Source: Deltaproteobacteria bacterium (lineage in GTDB: Bacteria; Myxococcota_A; Polyangia; Polyangiales; Houyiibacteriaceae). From it: a stretch of DNA of 36,679 bases. Shown here piece after piece: positions 1 to 8,693 of this stretch. Each line of letters opens with the position of its first letter. The stretch's first letter is position 1. The stretch covers positions 1 to 36,679 of the forward strand of contig JAXMNT010000068.1 in NCBI GenBank assembly GCA_034670305.1, written 5' to 3'. A program made the translations under genes and the position numbers. The notes below the pieces were generated by a model. That model did no database searches. It was not told where the DNA came from and saw only the letters and a list, made by a program, of their open reading frames with translations.

Positions 1-53
1 TGGGCATCGCGCTCCGATTCGCGCCTCGCCGTCGCGAAACACACGGCGTCCAC

Positions 54-119
54 GACGCGGGCAAGGGCACGGGCAAGGGCAACGGCAAGGGAGCAGGTCG
101 CTTTTCAGCGACCTGCTAG
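54..119 (+). repeat. GGCAAG tract plus hairpin ending in CTAG (MITE/REP-like element)
   Basis: GACGCGGGCAAGGGCACGGGCAAGGGCAACGGCAAGGG followed by hairpin AGCAGGTCGC-TTTTCA-GCGACCTGCT and AG; a near-identical reverse-complement copy lies at 20287-20351. Confidence 0.8.
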
Positions 120-373
120 GCCCGCCAGCGAAGTCGAGCGAAGCGAGCGAGGCGTGTCACCGGGTTTGGGGGCCGTGGTGCTCAGAAGGAGCTCACCGAC
201 AAGTGCACCTGCGCAGCCCGCAGGGCGAGCAACTGGTGCACTTCCAATCGATCCCCGCGAGCGCCTCAAGGAGTGCCTGCACGCCGCGCAGCCGCCAATG
301 GTCCCAAGGGCTTCTTCACTGCACGAATCGATCGGGCGGCGAGCACGTGCAGGCGCGACGGGCGCGTGCATAG

Positions 374-415
374 GGCCGCCAGTCTCGCGAAGCGAGCCAG
401 GCCCGTATTGGCAGT
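374..415 (+). repeat. REP-like GAA-loop hairpin, copy 1
   Basis: GGCCGCCAGT-CTCGC-GAA-GCGAG-CCAGGCCCGTA; the copy at 11536-11576 has the compensatory stem CCCGC-GAA-GCGGG. Confidence 0.7.
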
Positions 416-423
416 GAGAATTG

Positions 424-453
424 AAAAACGCCCCGCACCGAAGTGCGAGGCGT
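424..453 (-). terminator. Intrinsic terminator of the RRM gene
   Basis: Minus strand reads ACGCCTCGCAC-TTCG-GTGCGGGGCGT-TTTT, about 20 nt after the stop at 476. Confidence 0.8.
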
Positions 454-475
454 CGTTCGATGTCTCGAAAGAGAC

Positions 476-784
476 TTACCAGCGGCCACCGCGGTCGCGG
501 TCACGACCGCCACCACCACCGCCGCCGCCGCCGCGCTGGCGGTCCTGGGCCTCGTTCACGTTGAGCGTGCGGCCATCAAGCTCCGCACCGTTCATCTGCT
601 CGATGGCCTCGTCGGCCGCCGCAGCGTCCGCGAACGTCACGAATCCGAATCCACGACTGCGACCGGAGTCGCGGTCGGTGATCACTTTGGCTTCGGTCAC
701 TTCACCGAACGCTTCGAACGCTGCACGGAGTCCGTGATCGTCCGTGTTCCAACTCAGGCTGCCCACAAAAAGCTTCTTCGACAT
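476..784 (-). CDS. RRM (RNP-1) RNA-binding protein with Gly-rich tail
   Basis: RNP-2 LFVGSL, RNP-1 RGFGFVTF, MNGAELDGRTLNVNEA and a poly-Gly tail. Confidence 0.95.
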   Translation of the reverse strand: MSKKLFVGSLSWNTDDHGLRAAFEAFGEVTEAKVITDRDSGRSRGFGFVTFADAAAADEAIEQMNGAELDGRTLNVNEAQDRQRGGGGGGGGGRDRDRGGRW

Positions 785-797
785 CACATTTCTTCAA

Positions 798-897
798 TCT
801 GGCACCCCCGAACTGACTCGTCACGAACCCCCACAAAAGGTGAGAGAAGCATGACGCCGCAGCAGCCGACATGGCTGCTTGGCTCGGGGACGTCAGA
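798..897 (-). promoter_or_regulatory. Putative structured 5' leader of the RRM gene
   Basis: Nested stems on the minus strand: TCTG/CAGA, CCCCGAGC/GTTCGGGG, GCAGCC/GGCTGC, CGTCATG/CGTGACG, CTCTCAC/GTGGGGG. Confidence 0.5.
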
Positions 898-1014
898 CCT
901 ATCTTGACTGTACGTCCCGAAACCACTGCGATGGTGCCGTGGGCGCTTCATGCGCCCCACAACCGCCGACCGCAAGGAGAAACCGTGCCCGGGAGGCGAT
1001 CTATGTGTCGAGAA

Positions 1015-1611
1015 TCACGATCCTTCTGCCTCTTTCTTCGATGAAACGTCCTCCCCGGCCTCGAGCGGCTCCAGGTCCTGGTCCTCTTCGGCCTCCACCC
1101 GCACCTCGAGCCCAGCCGCCACGGTGCCCTGGAGTGCAGCGGCGAGACCCTCCGGGTCCTTGGCCGCGACCACGCAGGTCTTGATCGATCGACCGCGCCG
1201 AAACCTCACCCGCACCCCGCGGGTGGCCCCGGGGTAGATGTAGCGCCAACCGTCCGGCCAGATCTTCGGGCCCACCGCCAGGCGGGTGAGCGCGTCGAGG
1301 GTGATGACCTCCACGGACTCGATGTCGCTCAGCGCGATCGTCGGGCCGATCGTGCCGTACTGCACCCGCAGCTCGGTGTCGGTCACGAGCACCCGCATGG
1401 CGGCGAAGTAGAGCGCGGCCCCCGAGGTCGCGACCGCCCCCGCGGCCATCGCCGCCGCGCCCGCCATCTCGCCTTGCACCGCCAGGACAACACCGGCGAC
1501 CGCGGTGACCAAGCTCGGGATGCCCAGCAGCGCGGCGAAGATCTTGGAGACGTGCTTCTCGCGGAACACCGCGGACTCGCCGTCCATGTAGTCGGTCTCG
1601 TAGTCGCCCAT
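1015..1611 (-). CDS. Small membrane protein (two TM helices plus a bacterial PH-like domain)
   Basis: Starts MGDYETDY 2 nt after the upstream stop; two hydrophobic segments, then VLVTDTELRVQYG...IALSDIESVE, typical of bPH domains; acidic tail. Confidence 0.7.
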   Translation of the reverse strand: MGDYETDYMDGESAVFREKHVSKIFAALLGIPSLVTAVAGVVLAVQGEMAGAAAMAAGAVATSGAALYFAAMRVLVTDTELRVQYGTIGPTIALSDIESVEVITLDALTRLAVGPKIWPDGWRYIYPGATRGVRVRFRRGRSIKTCVVAAKDPEGLAAALQGTVAAGLEVRVEAEEDQDLEPLEAGEDVSSKKEAEGS

Positions 1612-1613
1612 CG

Positions 1614-3170
1614 CTACGCGACCAGGGGCGACGTGGGGAGTTCTTCGAGGTGCACGGTGGTCTGTTTCCCCGAACGGGAGACATCGACGACCGCGAGCTG
1701 GGTGCCGGGCAAGAGCAGGTACTCGTCTTCCTGCTGGTAGCAGCTGTACCGTTTCACGCTGACGGCGCGGCTGGAGTGGACCTCGAAAAGGGTGCGGGCG
1801 CCGGATCCCAGAAAGCCCTTGGCCACCGTCAGGCTCGGCGTGCACGACGACACGCCCCACCAAGTCACCGTTTCGCCTTTGGGGTACTGGGTGCGCAGAT
1901 CGAGTGCGACGCCGCGGTAGAGGGTGCCGGTGAACGACTTGAGCTTCTTCAGCGCTTCGAGGAAGAGCCGGAGGTACGGGAAGTACGGCTCGGCGCGCAC
2001 GCGCTTCGGATCTCGGAGCGTTTCGTTGAGTCTCCGATAGAGCGGCGACTGCGTCGTGTAGAGGTAGAGCGCCGCGACTTCGTCGACGCTCAGGCCCATC
2101 CGGTTCTTGAGCTCCGCGCCGAACTTCAACGACATCTTCACCGGGTGCACGAGCCCCTTCTTCAGCAGCGCCGCGACCGGAGCGATGGCATCGGCGAACG
2201 GGAGCAGCGGGAGCGCGCCGATGCCGGTGATCGGACCGAGCGCCTCGGCGACGATGTCCTCGACGTCTTGGAGGCGCTCCAAGTACGTCTTGTGGAGATC
2301 CATCGTGGTCGCGATGAAGTCGCCCATGCGCGTGGCTTCCGAACCGGCGGCTGCGTTCCACCCGACCTTGGGCAACCAATCGATCGGCGTCATGCCGAGC
2401 TTCTGCAACGCCTCGTTGATCACCCCGAAGTGTGGGTCCCCCTTGCAGAACGCATCGCCCATCGCGGCGGGGTTGCAGTGGTCGATGTGGGCGACGCGGG
2501 CGTCGGGAAACTTCTTCGCGAGCGCTTCCACCATCGGGCGGAGCTTGCGCGCATGGGCGCCCCACCACGCGAAGACGACGCCTTCTTTGTTCGCGTGCTT
2601 CGCCGCAAGGATCTCGCGCACGATGCGCTGCACCACCGGCTTCCAGAACCCGGTGTGCTGCGCGGTCGACATCGCATCGTCGCTGTTGGCGGTGAGCGAG
2701 GCGTTGAGCAGCAGCACCCCCTGCGTGAGCATGCTCTGGAACCACTCCGGCGGTTGAACGATCTGTTCCTTCGCCAGCAGCGCCCGGATGTCGGCGGTCT
2801 TCGTTTTCACGTCGATGCCGAACTTCTGAATGCAGGCCGCCTTCAGGATGCACCGGATGGACGTCACCCGACCGAACGTCGGCTCCTTCCAGTGACCGAA
2901 CGCGTTGTCGAACATCGCGATGCCGGTCGCGGACTCGACGCGTGGGTACGGGTTCTGTCCGAACGCGACCACCCGCCACTTGCCGGGCGGGTTCGGTTTG
3001 AGCGCCTGAAACGTGAGCTCGCGGACCGGCACCACCGACGGCCCACGACTTGGCCCGATGAACTGCGCCGCGCCCGGCTGCGCTTCGATGGTGGGCTTCA
3101 GAAGCGGCAGCCACGCTTCACCACCGCCTTCGAAGAGCGGCGCCAGTTCGAGAGGATCGTCGTTCGACAT
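1614..3170 (-). CDS. Uracil-DNA glycosylase-fold domain fused to an ARTC-type (R-S-E) ADP-ribosyltransferase
   Basis: N-terminal VVAFGQNPYP, QGVLLLNASLT, VFAWWGAHA and HCNP match UNG family-1 motifs; C-terminal LYLYT...LYRRLN...LYRGV...GVSSCT...QEDEYLLLPG matches ART motifs. Confidence 0.85.
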   Translation of the reverse strand: MSNDDPLELAPLFEGGGEAWLPLLKPTIEAQPGAAQFIGPSRGPSVVPVRELTFQALKPNPPGKWRVVAFGQNPYPRVESATGIAMFDNAFGHWKEPTFGRVTSIRCILKAACIQKFGIDVKTKTADIRALLAKEQIVQPPEWFQSMLTQGVLLLNASLTANSDDAMSTAQHTGFWKPVVQRIVREILAAKHANKEGVVFAWWGAHARKLRPMVEALAKKFPDARVAHIDHCNPAAMGDAFCKGDPHFGVINEALQKLGMTPIDWLPKVGWNAAAGSEATRMGDFIATTMDLHKTYLERLQDVEDIVAEALGPITGIGALPLLPFADAIAPVAALLKKGLVHPVKMSLKFGAELKNRMGLSVDEVAALYLYTTQSPLYRRLNETLRDPKRVRAEPYFPYLRLFLEALKKLKSFTGTLYRGVALDLRTQYPKGETVTWWGVSSCTPSLTVAKGFLGSGARTLFEVHSSRAVSVKRYSCYQQEDEYLLLPGTQLAVVDVSRSGKQTTVHLEELPTSPLVA

Positions 3171-3245
3171 CTCCCGTTCTTACCACCCCGCGGGCAGCAT
3201 CGGCTTCGGGATCCGGGATCGGGATCCACCCCGGTTCACCCAACC

Positions 3246-3437
3246 GCGGGCAAAGGCAAGGGCAAGGGTCTGCACGTCCGCGGTGCGGTTCGCGGTTCTG
3301 CGGTTCTGCGGTTCTGCGGTTTTGGAGCTCCCTTGCCAGCGCCAAAGGCGCGATGCCCTTGCCCTTGCCCCTGCCCGCCGTGCGGTTCTGCGGTCCTGCA
3401 GCTCTGTGGTTCTGCAGCTCCCTTGCCAGCGCCAAAG
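3246..3437. repeat. Composite intergenic repeat
   Basis: Inverted GGCAAG tracts (3246-3268 and 3356-3378), GCGGTTCT octamer runs, and AGCTCCCTTGCCAGCGCCAAAG present twice (~3326 and ~3416). Confidence 0.75.
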
Positions 3438-3523
3438 CAAACAAGCCCCGGCGCGCACAGTCGATCATCCAGGCGGCGCGCGTTCAGCTCCTGCCCCGCC
3501 CCACCTCGCCTTCGGCTCGGTGT

Positions 3524-5443
3524 TCAGGTGGTTTGGAGGACCACGGTGCGATCGGGCGCGCCGGCGTCGAGTTTGACCCAGAGCAGTCCGTCGGCGTCGA
3601 CGAACCAACCCGTGGCCGCCGCATCGAACGCGGCACGGTCGACGTGGGGCGTCGCGGCCGAGCCGTCGATCGTCACCCCGGTCACGACTTCGGCGACGCC
3701 GAGCGCCACCCGCAACCTCAGCAGGAACCGCTCGTCCGCCGCCGCGCCTTGAATCGCGAACCCTCGGGGTTCCGCGACGAGCGCGGCCGTCGAGTCGTCG
3801 GCATCGGTCGCGCCTTCGCGGTGAAGCGTGAACGACGAGTCGCCCGCGCCGACCGAGGGCAACCAGGACGCGATGGTCAGATGACCCGCCGACGCGGCGT
3901 TGCCGAAGCCGGTCACGTCGGAGTCGATCTCCATCGGCACCACGGCGCCTTCGCGGACGAAGATCGGGATGCGCGCCTGGTCGGTCGCACCGGCGTACGC
4001 GGCGAGCGTCGTGCCGCCGGCGACGGCTTCACCGGACCACCAGTCGTACCAACTGCCCGACGGGAGCTCGACGTCGCGCACGCCGCCCGCTTCGAGCACC
4101 GGCGCGACCAGAATCGTGTCTCCGACGAGGTACCGCCAGTCGCCGGCCCACTCGTCCACACCCGCGCCGATGGGATGCACGACGGTGTCGGAGGCCGCGT
4201 ACGCGTCCTCCGACAGGCTGTACCAGAACGGCACCATCTCGTGATGCAGCGTCGCCCAATAGCGGTAGAGCGCGATGGTCTCTTCGGTGCGCTCCTCGAT
4301 GTTCCACGGCTCGAGGTTCGCGCGGCCGTGCAGCTGGAAGAACGGCATCATGCCGCTCATCGCGACCCAGCGCGCGAACACTTCTTGGTCGAACGGGATC
4401 GTCACCAAGAGATCGTCCTGGTCGCGATCCAGGTACCCGCCGATGTCGCTGCCGATCACGACGTAGCCGGCCTGCGCCGACCGGAAGGTGTGGTCGAGCG
4501 CGTCGACGAGCCCGTCCCAGTTGCGGTGGTTGTCGCCGGTCCACGCGACCGGCGCGTGTTCCGGTCGCGCGTAGAAGCGGGCCGGCACGTCATACGAGAC
4601 GTCGTAGGGCCGGACCATCGTGACGAACTCGCGGCCGCTCCGATGCACGCCGTAGCGGAGGAAGTCCGCGTAGTAGAGCTCGCTGTATTCCTGCAGGGTG
4701 TGCACCCCGTCGGCGGTGTCGATCGTGTCGTCGTAGGAGTTCGGTGCATCCCGGATGTAGCTCTCGCCGAAGTCGAGTTTCCATCCGTCCACGCCCATCG
4801 CGAGCAGGTCGTCTTGCTGGCGGCGCCACCATTCGGCCGCGACCGGATTGAAGAAATCGAGCGCGGCGCCGCGTCCCTTCCACCAGGGGTAGAGCCGCCC
4901 GTCGTTGACGTAGAAGCCGCAGGCCTTGCCCTCGAGGTAGTTGGACGCGGGACCGCGGTAGGCATCGCCGCCGACCTCGGCATCGAAGGAGGTCAGGTTG
5001 ATCATCTGGGTGGTCCAGAGCACCAGCCGAATGTCCTGCGCGTGCAAGTCGTCCACGAGCGACTGAAAGTCGCCGTAGCGTTCCGGGTTCGGAATCAAAG
5101 TGTTGTACGAAGTCTCCCAAGGAGAATCGAGCACCACCGCGCCCACCGGAATGCCTCGGTCGAGAAACCCAGCGACGAACGCTTCGGTGTCCGCGCGGTC
5201 GGAGATGTCCTTGCTGATCCAGGGCTCGAACGCCCAGCGCGGCGTGTGCCGGGCCGGGTCGGGCAGCACCTCCGCCTCGTCGGTGAAGTCGCAGCCGGGA
5301 CCGGCGTCGGCACCCGCATCGAGCGGTGCATCCAGGGCCGCATCGCTCCCGGCGTCCACCACGGCATCGTCGTCGCCACACCCGGGTCCGAAGACTCCGA
5401 GTGCGACCACGACCCACCCGAGGATGCGCGACTTCGCGTTCAA
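3524..5443 (-). CDS. Glycoside hydrolase family 31 lipoprotein
   Basis: Lipobox-like GPGC-GDDD, GVDGWKLDFGE nucleophile motif, WTGDN, GSDIGGY, YLVGDTILVAPV and IPIFVREGAVVP; TTG start. Confidence 0.9.
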   Translation of the reverse strand: MNAKSRILGWVVVALGVFGPGCGDDDAVVDAGSDAALDAPLDAGADAGPGCDFTDEAEVLPDPARHTPRWAFEPWISKDISDRADTEAFVAGFLDRGIPVGAVVLDSPWETSYNTLIPNPERYGDFQSLVDDLHAQDIRLVLWTTQMINLTSFDAEVGGDAYRGPASNYLEGKACGFYVNDGRLYPWWKGRGAALDFFNPVAAEWWRRQQDDLLAMGVDGWKLDFGESYIRDAPNSYDDTIDTADGVHTLQEYSELYYADFLRYGVHRSGREFVTMVRPYDVSYDVPARFYARPEHAPVAWTGDNHRNWDGLVDALDHTFRSAQAGYVVIGSDIGGYLDRDQDDLLVTIPFDQEVFARWVAMSGMMPFFQLHGRANLEPWNIEERTEETIALYRYWATLHHEMVPFWYSLSEDAYAASDTVVHPIGAGVDEWAGDWRYLVGDTILVAPVLEAGGVRDVELPSGSWYDWWSGEAVAGGTTLAAYAGATDQARIPIFVREGAVVPMEIDSDVTGFGNAASAGHLTIASWLPSVGAGDSSFTLHREGATDADDSTAALVAEPRGFAIQGAAADERFLLRLRVALGVAEVVTGVTIDGSAATPHVDRAAFDAAATGWFVDADGLLWVKLDAGAPDRTVVLQTT

Positions 5444-5450
5444 GATGGGC

Positions 5451-7094
5451 TCAGGAGCGGCGGCGACGGAGCGTCACCACCAGGCCGAGGAGCACGAGCG
5501 CGAAGGTCGGTTCGCTGGAACCGGGCACGCTGCAGTTGCAGCCGCCGCCACCCGCGACGCCGCCGCCGGCATCCACGTCGCCCGCGTCCATGTCGCCCGC
5601 GTCCGCTCCGGCACCCGAGTCGGTGCCGCCCGCGTCGCCCCCCGTCGGACCAGCGTCGGTGCCCATCGGGCCGGCGTCCACGTCCATCGGTCCGGCGTCC
5701 ACATCCATCGGGCCTGCGTCGGCATCCGGGCCGGCGTCCACATCCGGGCCCGCGTCCACGTCCATCGGACCCGCGTCCACGTCCGGACCGGCGTCCACGT
5801 CCATCGGACCCGCGTCGACGCCGCAGCCCGCGATCGGGGTGTTCGCGCAGGTGCCGTCCGCGACCACGCACATGTCCGTGGTGCAGTCGTCGTCGTCGTT
5901 GCAGTCGACCGGCGTGCCGGCCATGCAGGCGCCGCTCATGCACATCGACACGCCGTTGCAGAGCATGCCGTCGTCGCAGTCGAAGCCGTCCGGGCGGAGA
6001 TCGTCGGCAGGACACGCGTTCGCGAGTCCGGTGCAGACTTCCGCCACGTCGCACACGCCCGCCGCCGCACGACACTCGGTGTCGGCCGCCGCGAAGCCGT
6101 CGGCCGGGCAGTCGACCTCGGTGCCGCTGCACATCTCGGCCACGTCGCACGCGCCGTCGGCCGCGCGGCAGACGGTGTCCATCGCGAACTCGTCGGTCGG
6201 ACAGTCCTTGCTGACTCCGTCGCACATCTCGGCGAGGTCGCAGGCACCGGCCGAGGCGCGGCATTCACCGGCGCCCAGGCGGTCCACGCAGGTGTTCGCG
6301 CCGTCGCAGGTGTCGGCCGCGTCGCAGTCACCCGCCACGGCGACGCCGTTGCACGCGGTGTCGGCCGGCTGGAACGCGCAGCTCGCATCACAGCAGGAAT
6401 CCGCCGTGCCGTTGAGCGCGGTGCCGTCGTCGCAGTCTTCGCCCGCGCCGATCATGCCGTCGCCACAGACCACCGGCGTGATGCAGAGGTTGGCGGCGCC
6501 GGGTGTCGGGGCGAACTGGTCGTAGTTCGCCGTGTTGCGCGCGCCGCCCGTGCCGTTGCGGCAGCGTTGGTTGGACTGGGTGTCTTTCTCACCCTTCTCG
6601 TCCTCGTTCACCTGCTCCTGGCCTGGGTTGAGCAAGACCAGAAGGCCGGCGTCGTCCCCGTCGTTGGTGTCGTAGACGAACGCGTCCAGCAGGTTCACGG
6701 TGGTCGGCGGGGTTCCGTTAGGAAAATCCGCGGCATCGCCCCGGTAAAGCGCGACCGCGTCGGCGCCGTTCTGAATGAGGTTCGTGGTCCCCGGGCCGAC
6801 CTCGAGGTCGGTGTTGGGCACGTTCGCCGCATCTCCCGCGAACACGAAATAGCCGTCGGCGCCGGTGGTCTGTCCGTCCAGATCAACCGCCAGGTACGAG
6901 ATGTCCATGTTGCCGTTGAAGAAGACCAACACCAGCCCATCAAGCGCGGTGGCCACAGGCAAGCCGGCGTAGAGTTCGACGAACTCCGCGGCGTCGGTGC
7001 CCGGACTGTCGACGTCGACTTCATTGATGAGGATCTGGGCGCTCGCCGTGGAGGTCAGCGCGAACAGGGCGGCAAGAAAGACGGAAAATCGCAT
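5451..7094 (-). CDS. MYXO-CTERM-sorted surface protein (lamin-tail-like domain, disintegrin-like Cys repeats, DAG linker)
   Basis: Signal peptide, ILINEVD...EFVELY, repeated CR...G.CD.AE.C.G...CP.D units, (VDAGPMD)n, and C-terminal GGGGCNCSV-TM-RRRRS. Confidence 0.85.
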   Translation of the reverse strand: MRFSVFLAALFALTSTASAQILINEVDVDSPGTDAAEFVELYAGLPVATALDGLVLVFFNGNMDISYLAVDLDGQTTGADGYFVFAGDAANVPNTDLEVGPGTTNLIQNGADAVALYRGDAADFPNGTPPTTVNLLDAFVYDTNDGDDAGLLVLLNPGQEQVNEDEKGEKDTQSNQRCRNGTGGARNTANYDQFAPTPGAANLCITPVVCGDGMIGAGEDCDDGTALNGTADSCCDASCAFQPADTACNGVAVAGDCDAADTCDGANTCVDRLGAGECRASAGACDLAEMCDGVSKDCPTDEFAMDTVCRAADGACDVAEMCSGTEVDCPADGFAAADTECRAAAGVCDVAEVCTGLANACPADDLRPDGFDCDDGMLCNGVSMCMSGACMAGTPVDCNDDDDCTTDMCVVADGTCANTPIAGCGVDAGPMDVDAGPDVDAGPMDVDAGPDVDAGPDADAGPMDVDAGPMDVDAGPMGTDAGPTGGDAGGTDSGAGADAGDMDAGDVDAGGGVAGGGGCNCSVPGSSEPTFALVLLGLVVTLRRRRS

Positions 7095-7221
7095 GGCCGG
7101 CAGCATACACCGCCGACTCGGTGCCCGCCCCCCGACGATTCGGTGACATCGAGGTCGCTTCCATGCGACCCGAGTCCAGCGGTGCTGGCCTCGGCAATCG
7201 CAGTGCTGGCAGCCGCTTGCT

Positions 7222-8688
7222 TCAGCCTGGTTCGGTGGGGTGGGCGAGCACGTGTTTCTTCACGGTGCGCCGGTCGAGGCCGGTGATCTGCGCGACCTGT
7301 TCGTAGGTCCCGTGGACTGCGTAGAGCTCCGCGCAGTACCCGGCGAGCAACGCCGCAGCGCTCAGGTTCTTGTCCGCCAGCGCACCGAACGCGTCCGGCC
7401 CTGCGCCCCGGGCGCCCGCCACCGGGTCCGGCGCGCAGCGTCCGGTCAGAAGCACCGAACGCACCGTCTGTTCGAGCTCCCGCACGTTGCCGGGCCACCC
7501 GTAGTCCGCGGGCAGGTCCCGCGCGATCGCCTCTTCGACCAGCCCTTCCAAACTTCGTTCCCGCTCTCCGACGATGCGCTCGATCAGCACCCCGAGCAGG
7601 TCCTGCAGTTCGCTCGCGTCTTCCCGAAGCCGCTGCTGCAGCGTCGGCACCCGCACCACGTGCGAACAGAGCCGGTAGTAGAAGTCGTCGCGAAACCGCC
7701 CTTCCCTTCGCAGGTCGTCGATCGATCGGTGGGTCGCGGCCACGACCCGCCCCGCGAACCGCTTCTCCACCGCCGAGCCCACGGGAGAGAACGTGCGCTC
7801 TTGCAGCACCCGCAGCAGCTTCACCTGGGTGTGCGGCGCGATCTCTCCGATCTCGTCCAGGAAGAGCGTCGCGTGGGCGCCGCATCGGCCGAGCGCGCCT
7901 TCGCGGCTTGCGATCGCACCGGTGAACGCGCCGCGTTCGTGGCCGAACAGCGCGCTCTCGAGCAACGTCGCGGGCACCTCGGCCAAGTTCAGTGGCACGT
8001 GCTGCGCCACGAACGGCATGCCGAACCCGTTGCCCTTCGCGTTGAGTGGCACGAAGCCACTGCGTCCGAGCGCCGCGGCCGCCGCGCCTTTGCCGCAGCC
8101 GGTCGCGCCCAGAATCATCGTCGAGAAGTCTTCGAGCCGATCCCAGAGATGCCGTTCGTAGCGGCGCACGTCGTGGGTGAACACCGCGTTCCACAACGCT
8201 TCCCGCAGACTGCGGGTGCATCGGCTGCGGCCGACCAGCCCACTCGCGATGAAGTGGTACGCACGGCGGAGCTGCCAGAAGAGTTCGAGCGCGCGCTTGG
8301 TCCGGTCCGCACGAAATCCATGGCGCGCGAGCCACGCGGAGATCTCATCGGCCGCTTCGAAGGGCGCGGTCTCTCCGGACTTGAGCTCGATCGCGATCTG
8401 GGCGTCGAAGGGTTCGGCGAAGCGGTGAAACGCGTCGAAGAGGATCGCGTCTTCCACGACCTGGGCGTCCGCCCGGGCGAAGTCCTTCGGCCGCTGGCTA
8501 GGGAGCGCGTCGAGCGTGCTGCGCAGCCGCGCGATCACCGTGGGCACGACCTCGGGGTCGTCCGGGTCGAGGCCCGCGACCTCGGCATCGAGCTGCCAGC
8601 GTTCGTCCCCGAACGGGTTCGTGAACGCAGCGCGGGAGATGCGCTCCAGAAGCGCTCGAACCTCAGGGCTCAGGGCAAAAGAGGGCAT
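7222..8688 (-). CDS. Sigma54-dependent activator (bEBP) with an unrecognised N-terminal domain
   Basis: Walker A GATGCGKG, intact GAFTGA, Walker B LFLDEIGE, FRDDFYYRL, WPGNVRELE and a C-terminal HTH; no receiver domain is recognisable. Confidence 0.92.
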   Translation of the reverse strand: MPSFALSPEVRALLERISRAAFTNPFGDERWQLDAEVAGLDPDDPEVVPTVIARLRSTLDALPSQRPKDFARADAQVVEDAILFDAFHRFAEPFDAQIAIELKSGETAPFEAADEISAWLARHGFRADRTKRALELFWQLRRAYHFIASGLVGRSRCTRSLREALWNAVFTHDVRRYERHLWDRLEDFSTMILGATGCGKGAAAAALGRSGFVPLNAKGNGFGMPFVAQHVPLNLAEVPATLLESALFGHERGAFTGAIASREGALGRCGAHATLFLDEIGEIAPHTQVKLLRVLQERTFSPVGSAVEKRFAGRVVAATHRSIDDLRREGRFRDDFYYRLCSHVVRVPTLQQRLREDASELQDLLGVLIERIVGERERSLEGLVEEAIARDLPADYGWPGNVRELEQTVRSVLLTGRCAPDPVAGARGAGPDAFGALADKNLSAAALLAGYCAELYAVHGTYEQVAQITGLDRRTVKKHVLAHPTEPG

Positions 8689-8693
8689 GCCTC

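Noticed and set aside
1015-3114. 699-aa ORF in the track
   Set aside because: The N-terminal ~500 aa is an Arg-rich off-frame overlap of the UDG-ART gene; only 1015-1611 looks like real protein.
5575-5822. 18/21-bp tandem repeats
   Set aside because: These encode the VDAGP(M)D linker; there are no spacers, so this is not CRISPR.
3353-7286. 953-aa and 728-aa plus-strand ORFs
   Set aside because: Antisense shadows of the GH31 and MYXO-CTERM genes, expected at high GC; no motifs.
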